From the NCBI GenBank assembly GCA_043747615.1, contig JAYTOU010000049.1:8418-72417 (forward strand): a DNA stretch of 64,000 bases, written 5' to 3'. Positions 44,124 to 54,621 of this stretch are shown one piece after another. The notes beneath the pieces are model-generated. The model did not search any database, was not told where the DNA came from, and worked only from the letters and a program-made list of their open reading frames with translations. The position numbers and the translations under genes are program-made. Positions within the stretch are counted from its first letter, which is position 1; every line of letters starts with the position of its first letter. This stretch comes from Myxococcales bacterium. GTDB lineage: Bacteria > Myxococcota_A > Polyangia > Polyangiales > Polyangiaceae.

Positions 44124-44543
44124 CTAAGGTAGCGAGCGGGGATCGAACGCGTCGGGCAAGAGGGCGGCGAGCGTGGTGTCGCGGCGAGAATCTTTTCCAC
44201 CGTGCTCGCCCACCAAGACGATCGCCATGTCGCGCGCGAACTCGACGAGCACTTGCCGGCATATGCCGCATGGCGATCCGGCGCTCGCCGATCCGGTAAC
44301 CACGGCGCACGCAACAGGCTCTTTTTCGCCTGCGGCGACCATGTGTCCGATGGCGTTCCGCTCTGCGCAGATCGCGCCGCCGTACGAAGCGTTTTCGAAA
44401 TTACAACCCGAGAAAATCTTCCCGCTCTTCGTGGCGATCGCCGCCCCGACTCGGTAGTTCGAATAGGGCGCGTAGGCGTTTGCACGCACTCGTTTGGCCT
44501 CGGTAATGAGGGCCTGGACGAGTGTTTCGTCGACCGCGCTCAT
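44124..44543 (-). CDS. cdd: Cytidine deaminase (tetrameric type)
   Basis: AYAPYS.Y.VGAA, G.N.ENASY, CAER, PCGICRQ. Confidence 0.96.
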   Translation of the reverse strand: MSAVDETLVQALITEAKRVRANAYAPYSNYRVGAAIATKSGKIFSGCNFENASYGGAICAERNAIGHMVAAGEKEPVACAVVTGSASAGSPCGICRQVLVEFARDMAIVLVGEHGGKDSRRDTTLAALLPDAFDPRSLP

Positions 44544-45370
44544 CGCTTCCCCGCTGCGGAAATCCAACCCTTGAGAAGCGTTAGGAGATCGTCTCGCTTC
44601 GCGCGCGCCGTCTCTTCCACCTCTTTGTGATCGAGGAGCCCGGTGCCGATGCCCGCCGCGAGATTGGTGATGCAGCTCAGGGCGCCGACGGCGACGCCCA
44701 TGTGGCGGAGCGCGATGACCTCGAGCACCGTGCTCATGCCGACCGCTTGCGCGCCGAGCAGCCGGAACATGCGTACCTCTGCGGGCGTCTCGTACGTCGG
44801 ACCGAGCAGCCCCGCGTATACGCCTTCGCGAAGGGGAATCTTGGCTGCATTGGCGACTTCATGGAGCGCCTCGCGCAGCGCGGGATCGTACGCGCGGCTC
44901 ATGTCCGTGAAGCGCGCGCCGAGCTGCGGATCGTTCGGTCCCAGGAGCGGCGTCGTTCCGGTGAGATTCAGGTGATCGGAGATCACCATCAGATCGCCAG
45001 GTGCCCAACTCGCATCGATCCCGCCCGCCGCGTTCGTGAGGAGCACCGAGCGCACGCCGAGACGCGCCATCGTGCGCACCCCGTGAACGACGGACTCGAC
45101 CGAGTGTCCTTCGTAGAGGTGGATGCGACCCTGCATGCACGCGACGGGAACACCGTTGACCCGACCGAAACAGAAATTCCCCGCATGGCCCACGACGCCC
45201 GAGGTCGGAAGATGGGGGAGCTCGGCATACGGAACTTTGACCAGCTCATCGAGGGTGTCGCCAAACGCGCCGAGCCCGCTCCCGAGCACCACCCCAACCG
45301 CTGGTGCAAGGCTTGTTTTCGTGCGGATCGCAGCGACGGTCTCGTCGATGCGGTGGAGGAGAGTGGGCAT
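44540..45370 (-). CDS. punA: Purine nucleoside phosphorylase (trimeric PunA/XapA type)
   Basis: VLGSGLG, GR.HLYEG, TNAAGG, GPTYETPAE, VGMST..E, TNLAAG. Confidence 0.93.
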   Translation of the reverse strand: MPTLLHRIDETVAAIRTKTSLAPAVGVVLGSGLGAFGDTLDELVKVPYAELPHLPTSGVVGHAGNFCFGRVNGVPVACMQGRIHLYEGHSVESVVHGVRTMARLGVRSVLLTNAAGGIDASWAPGDLMVISDHLNLTGTTPLLGPNDPQLGARFTDMSRAYDPALREALHEVANAAKIPLREGVYAGLLGPTYETPAEVRMFRLLGAQAVGMSTVLEVIALRHMGVAVGALSCITNLAAGIGTGLLDHKEVEETARAKRDDLLTLLKGWISAAGKR

Positions 45371-45406
45371 GGGGGCGGGCAGCCTATCACGCGATCGCGT
45401 GACGCT

Positions 45407-45838
45407 TCACGCAGCGAGCTGGGAGGTGCAGGCCCTGCAGCGCGTGGCCTTGATGGGCAGCGTTTCGAGGCAGAACGGGCACTCCTTCGTGACCGGATCC
45501 TTCACTGCCGGCTTGCTCATTCGAGACTCCGCTGCCTTGATGACCTTCGAGACGATCAGAAAAAGGACCAGAGCAACGATCACGAAATCGAGGACCGCGC
45601 CCAGAAAATCACCGTACTTCAGGATCACGTTGTCCTTGGGATCGGCGGCGTGGCGGAGAACGATGCCGCTCGCCCGCCAGTCACCGCTCGGCATCACCAG
45701 GGCAACGAGCGGCATGATGAAATCGGCCACGAGCGACGAAACGATTTTTCCGAACGACGCGCCAATCACCACCCCGACAGCGAGGTCCACCACGTTTCCC
45801 TTGAACGCGAACGACTTGAAATCTTCGGCTATGGTCAT
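45407..45838 (-). CDS. mscL: Large-conductance mechanosensitive channel with C-terminal zinc ribbon
   Basis: FK.F..KGNVVDLAVGVVIG.SF; YG.FL..V.DF; CPFC...CRAC. Confidence 0.93.
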   Translation of the reverse strand: MTIAEDFKSFAFKGNVVDLAVGVVIGASFGKIVSSLVADFIMPLVALVMPSGDWRASGIVLRHAADPKDNVILKYGDFLGAVLDFVIVALVLFLIVSKVIKAAESRMSKPAVKDPVTKECPFCLETLPIKATRCRACTSQLAA

Positions 45839-46869
45839 TGGGGAACCTTTTCGGCGGGAGGAGGAGGAGGAGGCGGCGGGAGGATCGTCTGTACGGGCGG
45901 CGCGCTGCGAGTTTCCTCGGCAGCCGGCGCGCAGGGCGGAGAAGGCGTTACCTCAGGACAAGGGCAGGTCTTCGCGGGCGTGTCGATGGCGTCGCTGAAC
46001 GCGTAGATGAGGCTCACGCTCGTCGTCGTGTCGAGGGTCTCTTTCCCGGGAAGCGGAGCGTGATCGTAGCGCGCTCCAAAGCCGACGCCGAGCGCGAGGC
46101 CGCCTCCGATTTTCGCGGCGAAGAGAGCGTCGAAGTTGAGCCGGTGGTGCTCGCTGTCGACTACGCTCTGCAGGTACTCGAGCCCCGTCGACAACGTGAC
46201 TTCCTTGTTGAACGCGTGACGATACCCTGCAAAAAGGCGGGCAGAATGGTCTGTCGCGGCCTTCGCAAGAACGACCGGCTGACCCGACGTATCGAGCGTG
46301 GGGTTGCCCATCGCGTCGAGCACCGCGCGCGCGCTGTTGCGACGAATGTCGTACTGGAAGTCGTAGCCAGCCTCGCCCCAGAGCGCGTTGTCCGACTCCT
46401 TCAGGAACAAATATTTGAAACCGGGATCGATGTTCAGACGAAAATCGAGCCCTTGAAATCGATCGTGCCGACCCGTGAACGCCAGGAACACGCTGGCTCG
46501 CTCGGCGAGGTAGCGATCGTAGCGAAGACGGCCTTGGATGTTCTCCGCCGTGACCTGGATCGATTTGCCCGCGGGGCCGCCTTGCCCGTAGTTGGCGAGG
46601 AGAGAGGCTCCGAACCCATTGCCGTTGAAGCGGGTGTCGAAGGCTCCGTTCGCGGTCATGGCGAGGAGGCGCGAGTTGCCGGTGGTGAGAAGCCCGCCGG
46701 CAGCGAGTGACGCGTTCGTCCCGTCGATCTTCTTCTCATTCTTGGGCGCGTCGCCCGGCGCTTTCGGCGCTTCGGCGAGGGCCTTTGCTTCGGCCGGCGT
46801 CTCGGCGTTGGCCGCCCTTGCCAGGGTGAGAATAGAGATCGCGAGGAGGGAGAGGGTGCGCCTGATCAC
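45835..46869 (-). CDS. DUF481-family outer-membrane beta-barrel protein
   Basis: Signal peptide; TTGNS, RYDRYL, DRFQGLDFR, D..P.PG....D....SL.Y.F; Pro-rich tail. Confidence 0.8.
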   Translation of the reverse strand: MIRRTLSLLAISILTLARAANAETPAEAKALAEAPKAPGDAPKNEKKIDGTNASLAAGGLLTTGNSRLLAMTANGAFDTRFNGNGFGASLLANYGQGGPAGKSIQVTAENIQGRLRYDRYLAERASVFLAFTGRHDRFQGLDFRLNIDPGFKYLFLKESDNALWGEAGYDFQYDIRRNSARAVLDAMGNPTLDTSGQPVVLAKAATDHSARLFAGYRHAFNKEVTLSTGLEYLQSVVDSEHHRLNFDALFAAKIGGGLALGVGFGARYDHAPLPGKETLDTTTSVSLIYAFSDAIDTPAKTCPCPEVTPSPPCAPAAEETRSAPPVQTILPPPPPPPPAEKVPQ

Positions 46870-47396
46870 GCCTTTCTGTACTTAGTCTTCAGCGCTTCGA
46901 CAACCACTTTAGGGGCGTAGCGGCTCACGTCACCGTGGTGCTGCGCGATCTCCCGCACGAGCGACGCAGAGACGAAACCGTGCTCGGTTCGCGTGGGGAG
47001 AAAGATGGTGTCCACCTCTGGAAATAAGTCGGCGTTGGCATGAGCGATCTGCAGCTCGTACTCGAAGTCCGTGCCCACCCGGAGGCCGCGCACGATCACG
47101 CGAGCGCCGGTTTTTTTGCAGTAGTCGATGAGGAGCGTGTCGAACGAATCCACCCGGACGTTCGGCAAATGCGAAGAGACCTGCGTCACCAGGCTCACCC
47201 GCTCGTCGATTCCGAAGAGAGGATTTCGCGTGGGGTGCACACCGATGGCGACGATCACGTCGGTGAAGAGAGCGGACGCGCGCTCGATCAGATCGAGGTG
47301 CCCGTGCGTGACGGGATCGAAGCTTCCCGCGTAAACGGCGAGCCGAGCAACGGCCGGCCTCTCGACTTCGTCGCGTGATTGCGTATCACGCGACAC
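46866..47396 (-). CDS. coaD: Phosphopantetheine adenylyltransferase
   Basis: AVYAGSFDPVTHGHLD, VRGLR..DFEYE, VSASLVRE; GGAGAG RBS before GTG. Confidence 0.96.
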   Translation of the reverse strand: MSRDTQSRDEVERPAVARLAVYAGSFDPVTHGHLDLIERASALFTDVIVAIGVHPTRNPLFGIDERVSLVTQVSSHLPNVRVDSFDTLLIDYCKKTGARVIVRGLRVGTDFEYELQIAHANADLFPEVDTIFLPTRTEHGFVSASLVREIAQHHGDVSRYAPKVVVEALKTKYRKA

Positions 47397-47421
47397 AGGC
47401 TCTCCATGGTCGCCTAGCATT

Positions 47422-48726
47422 TTACTTCTTGCTCGGCGGAGGAGGAGGCGGAGCGGGCTCGGGTGCCATCAGTGGAGCGAGGGACGGTTGCGCGCGGACG
47501 CCGCCCTGCTGGGGGCCCATCGTGGTGGGATCCGCCTCCATCCACATGAAGCGACCCTGGTCTCCGAATGTCACGCGGAAGGCTGAGATCAAGCCTGCAC
47601 CAAGCACACCGGCGAGATCGATGTCGATGTTCGACTGCGGAGGCAGCATGGGCGCGCCCTGAACCGCCGGCACGCCGGGGAGGTCGAAGCCGCCGATGCG
47701 AAAGGAATTGAGCACGCCGATCTTCATGTTCGGAACGCTCGGGTCTGTCGTCAGCCTGGTGAGATCGACGCCGGCCTTCTTGAAGGTCGTGTCTTGGAGG
47801 GCGACCAGGTACGGCTGCGACGAATCGACGAGCAGCGTGGCTCCGCCGTCCTCTCGCGGTGAGACGTTCGCGCGCATCAACATGCCGCCGCCACGCACGT
47901 ACCAGAGCGGAACGCGACTGGCATCGGGAGGTGCCGGGGCATCGAGCTTTCGCACCACGAATTGATCGCCGTGGCGATCGAAGGTCACGTGTGCGTGACG
48001 AAGAAGGTTCACCCCGAGGAGGGCTTTCACCGGCGCGCCGAGTTGCCGGGAGAGTGCCGAGAGATCTTGGGTCAGCGCGGGAACGTCCTTCACTTCGATG
48101 TTGTCACCGAACTTCAGGTTCACCCACGCAGCTTCGCGGCGCGTATTCGAATCGAGGATCACTTCGCCGCTCGCAGTCGCGACCATGGCGAGGATTCGTT
48201 CACCTTCGAGCTCACACGGAACGACGAGTGCGGGGCCGGCACGAGGCATCTCGACGGCCGCGACCATCCCGCCCTCCATCGCGAATGGGTGACGCCCGTT
48301 TCCACGCCGAGCGAGCTTGGCGATCTCTCGCGCCCAGGGATCTTTCACCTGCGGGTCGCGAAGCATGGCTTCGAGATCCTCTGCGGCGGCTTCGATGTCT
48401 CCCGCGTACCAGTGAGCACGCCCGCGAAGACCATGGGCATCCGTCGTCTGCAGGCCTTCGGTCAGCTTCAACGCTTGCGCAAATTCGAGACGCACCAGCG
48501 CCATGCGCGCGTTCGCCATGCGAATCTCGGGATCATTCGGAGCGACTTCGAGCGCCGCAGAGGCCGCGTGCTGCGCGTCGTCGAAGTCCCCGCTTTTGTA
48601 GCTGGCCTGCGCGCGCGCGAGCCACTTGTCGGCGAGCGGAGAACGCCCGGCCGTGTTCGCGTCGTTCGCAGGACCGCACGCCACGAGAGCGGCGACGAAC
48701 GCGAGGGGTAGGCCTATTTTTCTCAT
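47422..48726 (-). CDS. TPR lipoprotein with tandem retropepsin-like domains, apparently inactive
   Basis: Lipobox LVAC; TPRs; MVATASG and LVDSSQ at DTG positions; ALLGVNLL and GVLGAGLI motifs; VTFD. Confidence 0.65.
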   Translation of the reverse strand: MRKIGLPLAFVAALVACGPANDANTAGRSPLADKWLARAQASYKSGDFDDAQHAASAALEVAPNDPEIRMANARMALVRLEFAQALKLTEGLQTTDAHGLRGRAHWYAGDIEAAAEDLEAMLRDPQVKDPWAREIAKLARRGNGRHPFAMEGGMVAAVEMPRAGPALVVPCELEGERILAMVATASGEVILDSNTRREAAWVNLKFGDNIEVKDVPALTQDLSALSRQLGAPVKALLGVNLLRHAHVTFDRHGDQFVVRKLDAPAPPDASRVPLWYVRGGGMLMRANVSPREDGGATLLVDSSQPYLVALQDTTFKKAGVDLTRLTTDPSVPNMKIGVLNSFRIGGFDLPGVPAVQGAPMLPPQSNIDIDLAGVLGAGLISAFRVTFGDQGRFMWMEADPTTMGPQQGGVRAQPSLAPLMAPEPAPPPPPPSKK

Positions 48727-49603
48727 TGGGTCGGATCCTTCAATGCGTCGACGCGCTCAGCTGCCGCGCGGGCTTCTCCGGGAGGCGGGTCGACTCGAAG
48801 GATGCGGTCGGCCCGGAGCTCGCGACGCCCACGACCAGGCAGCTGATAGCCGATCACCCGCGGGGGGTCGAGATCAGCCGAAACTTCGGTGAGCACCATG
48901 AGCCACGACTCAGGCGCTCGGCGGCTCGGTCGATAGGTGAGGAGGACCGTCTCGGCGCTTTTCACGGCGGCCTCACAAGCGCCGATGATCACGTGACGCG
49001 CCGACTTTTCCGCTACGCGCACCTCCCACAGATCCCGCGCGCTCTTGGGCGCCAAGATTGCGATCGCGCGATCGAAGAGGCCGCGCATGGCGAGGACGTC
49101 CGAGGCGGCGCGATGGGCTTGCCCGCGATCGATTTGGAGATGCACGCAGAGGGCATCGAGCGAGTAGCTGCGGAGCGCAAACGCCCGACGCGCGAGAACG
49201 AGGGTGTCGATGTAGTGGCTGATTTCTAGCGTCTTCTGAGCTCTTGCCATCTCCATTATGAGGAAACGCACGTCCCATTCGGCGGCGTGGGCGACCAAGA
49301 TCGCTCCGTCGAGAATGGCGCTCACCGCAGGCGCGATCTCCGCGAACTCGGGCGCCGCATCGAGCGCGGCGGCGTCGATTTTGTGAACGTGCGCGGCGCC
49401 GTCTACGCGGCCTGTGGGCCGAACCAGACTGCACACGCTCGCCGTGCGCTCGCCGCCGACGTACCGTTCGATGCACACCTCGACCACCCGATCGAGCGCT
49501 GCGTCGAGCCCAGTCATCTCGAGGTCAACGAAGGCGAGCGGCGCTTCGCCGACGGGCAGATCCCAGGGGGCACCGGCGGGCGGCGGCGGGACGCTGGCGC
49601 GGC

Positions 49604-49607
<4 letters not shown>
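48723..49607 (-). CDS. DEDDh 3'-5' exonuclease with C-terminal WYL-like domain
   Basis: VDLEMTG, VAHAAEWD, IDTL, HRA.SD; C-terminal LTY...VIGY......RELRADRI. Confidence 0.85.
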
Positions 49608-50802
<1,195 letters not shown>

Positions 50803-50806
<4 letters not shown>

Positions 50807-51675
50807 GACGCGCGCACCTTAGCCTCGCCCCCCTCCCAGCGGTAGAACCCCTCGCCGGTCTTCTTTCCGAGCTTGCCCGCACGCACCATGGTGCGCAGAA
50901 GCGAAGGGGCGCGGAACTGCTCTCCGACCTCTTTGTGGAGGTGGTCGAGAATGGCTAGCCGAACGTCGAGACCCACGAGGTCCGTCAACTTCAAGGGACC
51001 CATCGGGTGGCGGTAGCCGAGCTCCATCGCGCGGTCGATGTCTTCGACGCTGGCGACTCCGCTCTCGAGCATGCGGATGGCCTCTGCGCCGAGAATGACA
51101 CCGAGGCGGCTGCTCGCAAATCCTGGCGAGTCCCGCACCACGATGGGAGACTTTTTCACGACGCGCGCGAAGGCGATCGCCCGGTCGAGGGTGTGGTCGG
51201 AGGTGCTTAGGCCACGCACGATCTCGAGGAGCTCCATCACCGGCGGAGGATTGAAGAAGTGCAGACCGATTGTCCGTTCGGGAGCGCCGATGCGCGCACC
51301 GAGCTCGGTGATGGACAGCGAGGAGGTGTTGGACGCGAGGAGCGCACCTGCGGCTGCCGCCGGCGCAGCCTCACGAAAGAGGCCGACCTTCAGGGCCATA
51401 TCCTCGGGGACGGCCTCGATCACCAGATCGCATCCGGCGCAGGCTTCGCGCACGTCGACGGCCGGACGGAGAGCCGCCAGCGTCGACGCGCGCGCTTCGT
51501 CCGAGATTTTTCCCTTGGTCACGAGCTTCGCGAGCTGCGCTCCGATTTGCGCGATCGCCGCTTCGGCGCGACCTGGTGCGCTGTCGAAGACCCGCGTCGA
51601 GAGGCCTGCTGCCGCCGTCACTTGAGCGATCCCCTGCCCCATCGTTCCCGTCCCGAGCACTGCCACAAGTTTCAT
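50803..51675 (-). CDS. 3-hydroxyacyl/3-hydroxybutyryl-CoA dehydrogenase
   Basis: GTGTMG, EAVPE, SNTSS, HFFNPP, PMGP..L.D.VGLD, GKKTGEGFY. Confidence 0.96.
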
Positions 51676-51689
51676 TTGTCCCTCAGGCA

Positions 51690-52493
51690 CTAGGGCTCCT
51701 CGTGGGCTTCGGCTTTCTCGGCGTCGGCTTTCTCGGTCTCCGTTTCGTCGGCTTCGTCTGCCTCCACGCTCTCGTCTTCGTCTCCGTCTGCGTCGACGGC
51801 GTGGCGGAGGGCAGCGAGATCCTGACCGCACGCGCATTTATTGGGGACGCTCTTCTTGTGATAGACGCGCTCGCAGCGTGGACACACCCGCCCGTCAGGC
51901 TCGTAGGCGATCACCTTTTTGCTCTTCGCGCATCGTTTGCCGACGACCTGCACGGGATCGATGACGATCTCTAGCCCGTCTGCGGGGTTCGCCTTCGGAA
52001 GCTTCTCGATAGCGCTCTCGGGCACATCAAAGGCCTCCGCGGCGCGCTCGGCGCCCAGGCTCACGATCAACGCGGCAGCGGCCGCTTGGCTCCGCACCTT
52101 GACGATGATCGTGGCCGGTGTGCCGGTCTCGTCGTCACCTGTGACCACGATCGCGTTGAGCTCTTCTCTCCAGGCGATCTTCGTGACTTGGTACCAGGGG
52201 ATGCGGCGTAGCACTCCGGAGCGCTCTTCTCCGACGCCACCCTGCCCGACGCGCACGACGGCGTCGCCACTCGTGCCCACCCAGAGTGCCGCGCCGAACG
52301 CCAAGGCGCCGCCAGCGAGCAGGTAGGGCGTTGCTTCGATGGGCGCGTGGGCCGCGCCGAATTGCTCCCAGGCTCCGGCGCCGAGTGACACCGCTCCGGC
52401 CGCTCCGAGGAGGCGAACGAGGATCGGGTTCGCCGTGCTCTGCGGAAAAAACTGGATTTCAACGCGCTTCTTGGCAACTCGCTTTTTGGCCAT
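51690..52493 (-). CDS. Membrane protein with PH-like domain, Cys/His zinc-finger-like region and acidic tail
   Basis: Two TMs; IPW.QV..I.W; CAKS...CPRC..YH...CAC; E/D/A-rich C-terminus. Confidence 0.7.
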   Translation of the reverse strand: MAKKRVAKKRVEIQFFPQSTANPILVRLLGAAGAVSLGAGAWEQFGAAHAPIEATPYLLAGGALAFGAALWVGTSGDAVVRVGQGGVGEERSGVLRRIPWYQVTKIAWREELNAIVVTGDDETGTPATIIVKVRSQAAAAALIVSLGAERAAEAFDVPESAIEKLPKANPADGLEIVIDPVQVVGKRCAKSKKVIAYEPDGRVCPRCERVYHKKSVPNKCACGQDLAALRHAVDADGDEDESVEADEADETETEKADAEKAEAHEEP

Positions 52494-52574
52494 CGGCGGA
52501 ACCTTACATCCAATGTCGTGATGGAGGTGATCTCCTCACGTCGTTTGGCTTCGTCGCCGTTGCCCGAAGGTCAG

Positions 52575-53951
52575 CTAGCTGACTCCGATGCGGGACAGCT
52601 CGTCGTAGAGGTACGCGGCGCTCTTGATTCCAAGGTGGTAATTTTCGAGGTCGAGCCACTCGTTCGGGGCATGGGCGTTCTCGTCCGGTTGGCCGAAGCC
52701 CATGAGCAAGCAGGGCTTGCCGGTGGCGTCGGCGATGGTCCGCACGAACGGGATCGAGCCTCCCTCGCGAATGAAAACCGTCGGTCGTCCGAAGGCCTTC
52801 GCGAACGCGCGCTTCGCCACCTCGAACACTGGATGATCCGTCGGCGCGAGATACGGGCGCCCGCCATGGAGGTAGACGACCTTGACGCGCACGCCCGGTG
52901 GGGCAATTTTTTCGAGGTAGTCGCCGACCTGACGCGCGATCTCTTCAGGCTCCTGATGCGGCACCAGACGGCAGCTGATCTTCGCGACCACCCGCGCGGG
53001 AATGATCGTCTTTGCGCCCTCCCCCTGGAATCCGCCGGCGATTCCGTTGCAGTCGAGCGTCGGACGCGCCCACACCCGCTCGAGCGTGGAGTAGCCCTTC
53101 TCGCCGACGGCGGCGGTCGCTCCGGTCGACGCCAACCACTCCTTTTCGTTGAAGGGGAGGCTGGCGATCTCTTTGCGCTCGAGAGAAGTAAGCTCCACCA
53201 CTTTGTCGTAGAAGCCGGGAACGGTGATGCGCCCCTGCTCGTCGTGGAGGCGGCCGATCATCTTGGCGAGCGCGTTCACCGGATTCTGCACGCCGCCTCC
53301 GAAGGACCCGGAATGCAGATCGGTGGTCGGCCCCTCGACGTGCACCTCGAGGTACATCAGCCCGCGCAGACCGACGCAGAGCGAAGGGATCCCCCGCCCG
53401 AACATCGCGGTGTCGCTGACGCAGACGAAGTCGGAGGTGAGGCGGGCGGCCTTCTCGCGCATCAGCTCGTCGAGATTCATGCTGCCGATTTCTTCTTCGC
53501 CTTCGACGATGAGCTTGATGTTGATCGGGAGCGTCTTGCGCGTCTTCAGGAACGCTTCGATTGCTTTGACGTGGATGTGAACCTGCCCTTTGTCGTCCAC
53601 CACACCGCGGCCCCACATGCGACCGTCACGGATGGTGGGCTCGAAGGGGGGCGAGATCCATTCCCCGATTGGATCGATCGGCTGGACATCGTGGTGTCCG
53701 TAGATCAGCAAAGTCGGTTTTCCCGGCGCGTGATTCCACTCGGCAAAGACCGCAGGATGGCCCTTGGTCGGCCAGAGCTCGGCAGCGTCCGCACCAAGCG
53801 CGCGCAGGTTCGTGAGGAGGTGCTCGGCGTTCTTCACCATGTCGGCGTCGTGCGCGGCATCGCTCGAGATCGCGGGGATCTTCACCCACTCTTGAAGCTC
53901 GCCGACGAAACGTTGGCGGTGCTGATCGATGAAGGAAAGAACGTCATCCAT
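52575..53951 (-). CDS. M20 family dipeptidase
   Basis: YGHHDVQP, GRG..DDKGQ, EGEEE.GS, DLHSG.FGG, H.PNE. Confidence 0.94.
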   Translation of the reverse strand: MDDVLSFIDQHRQRFVGELQEWVKIPAISSDAAHDADMVKNAEHLLTNLRALGADAAELWPTKGHPAVFAEWNHAPGKPTLLIYGHHDVQPIDPIGEWISPPFEPTIRDGRMWGRGVVDDKGQVHIHVKAIEAFLKTRKTLPINIKLIVEGEEEIGSMNLDELMREKAARLTSDFVCVSDTAMFGRGIPSLCVGLRGLMYLEVHVEGPTTDLHSGSFGGGVQNPVNALAKMIGRLHDEQGRITVPGFYDKVVELTSLERKEIASLPFNEKEWLASTGATAAVGEKGYSTLERVWARPTLDCNGIAGGFQGEGAKTIIPARVVAKISCRLVPHQEPEEIARQVGDYLEKIAPPGVRVKVVYLHGGRPYLAPTDHPVFEVAKRAFAKAFGRPTVFIREGGSIPFVRTIADATGKPCLLMGFGQPDENAHAPNEWLDLENYHLGIKSAAYLYDELSRIGVS

Positions 53952-53996
53952 GGTCGTCTTGTAGCATTCTACGTTCGGCCGAATGTTGCCGAAACC

Positions 53997-54602
53997 TTAC
54001 TTCGCGAGGACGGCCAACGCTTCGCGCACGAGCTCGGCGAGCGGCACTTCCGTGACCCGCGACCCGAGAGCGACGATCGCGCGCTCCGCCTCGGCCGCGC
54101 GGTAGCCGAGCTTGGTGAGCGCCGAGAGGAGCACGTCGCCGCTGGCTCCGTTCCGCGTCGCTGCCGGCGTGACCGGAGTTGCGCCATCGGAAATGCTCGG
54201 GAGCTTGTCGCGCAGCTCGAGGAGGAGCCGATCGGCAGTCTTCTTTCCGAGGCCCTTGATGCTCGTCAGCTTCGCCACGTCCTTCGCGGAGATCGCCCGT
54301 GCGAGCTCATTTGCGGGGAGCGCGCTGAGGATCCCGATGGCCGTCTTCGGGCCGATGCTCGAGACGCCGATCAGCGTACGGAACGCCGATCGATCGAGGG
54401 CGGACGCGAACCCGAAGAGCATGAGCGCATCCTCGCGCGCGTGGGTGTGCACGAAGAACGTCGTGCGACCTTCGGCATCCGTCGCGCTCCGCCCCACGGT
54501 GCCAAGGGGAGCGAGGAGCTCGTAGCCGACCCCCGAAACGTCGACGACGAGCACGCCGTCGTCTTCCTGCGCGACGATCTTTCCGGTGAGGCGCCCGATC
54601 AT
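53997..54602 (-). CDS. ruvA: Holliday junction branch migration protein RuvA
   Basis: MIG.L.G, GVGYE, REDA..LFGF, V..IGPK.A, G.GKKTA.R...EL, AL..LGY. Confidence 0.97.
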   Translation of the reverse strand: MIGRLTGKIVAQEDDGVLVVDVSGVGYELLAPLGTVGRSATDAEGRTTFFVHTHAREDALMLFGFASALDRSAFRTLIGVSSIGPKTAIGILSALPANELARAISAKDVAKLTSIKGLGKKTADRLLLELRDKLPSISDGATPVTPAATRNGASGDVLLSALTKLGYRAAEAERAIVALGSRVTEVPLAELVREALAVLAK

Positions 54603-54621
54603 TCGGGAGCCACGTTAGCAT

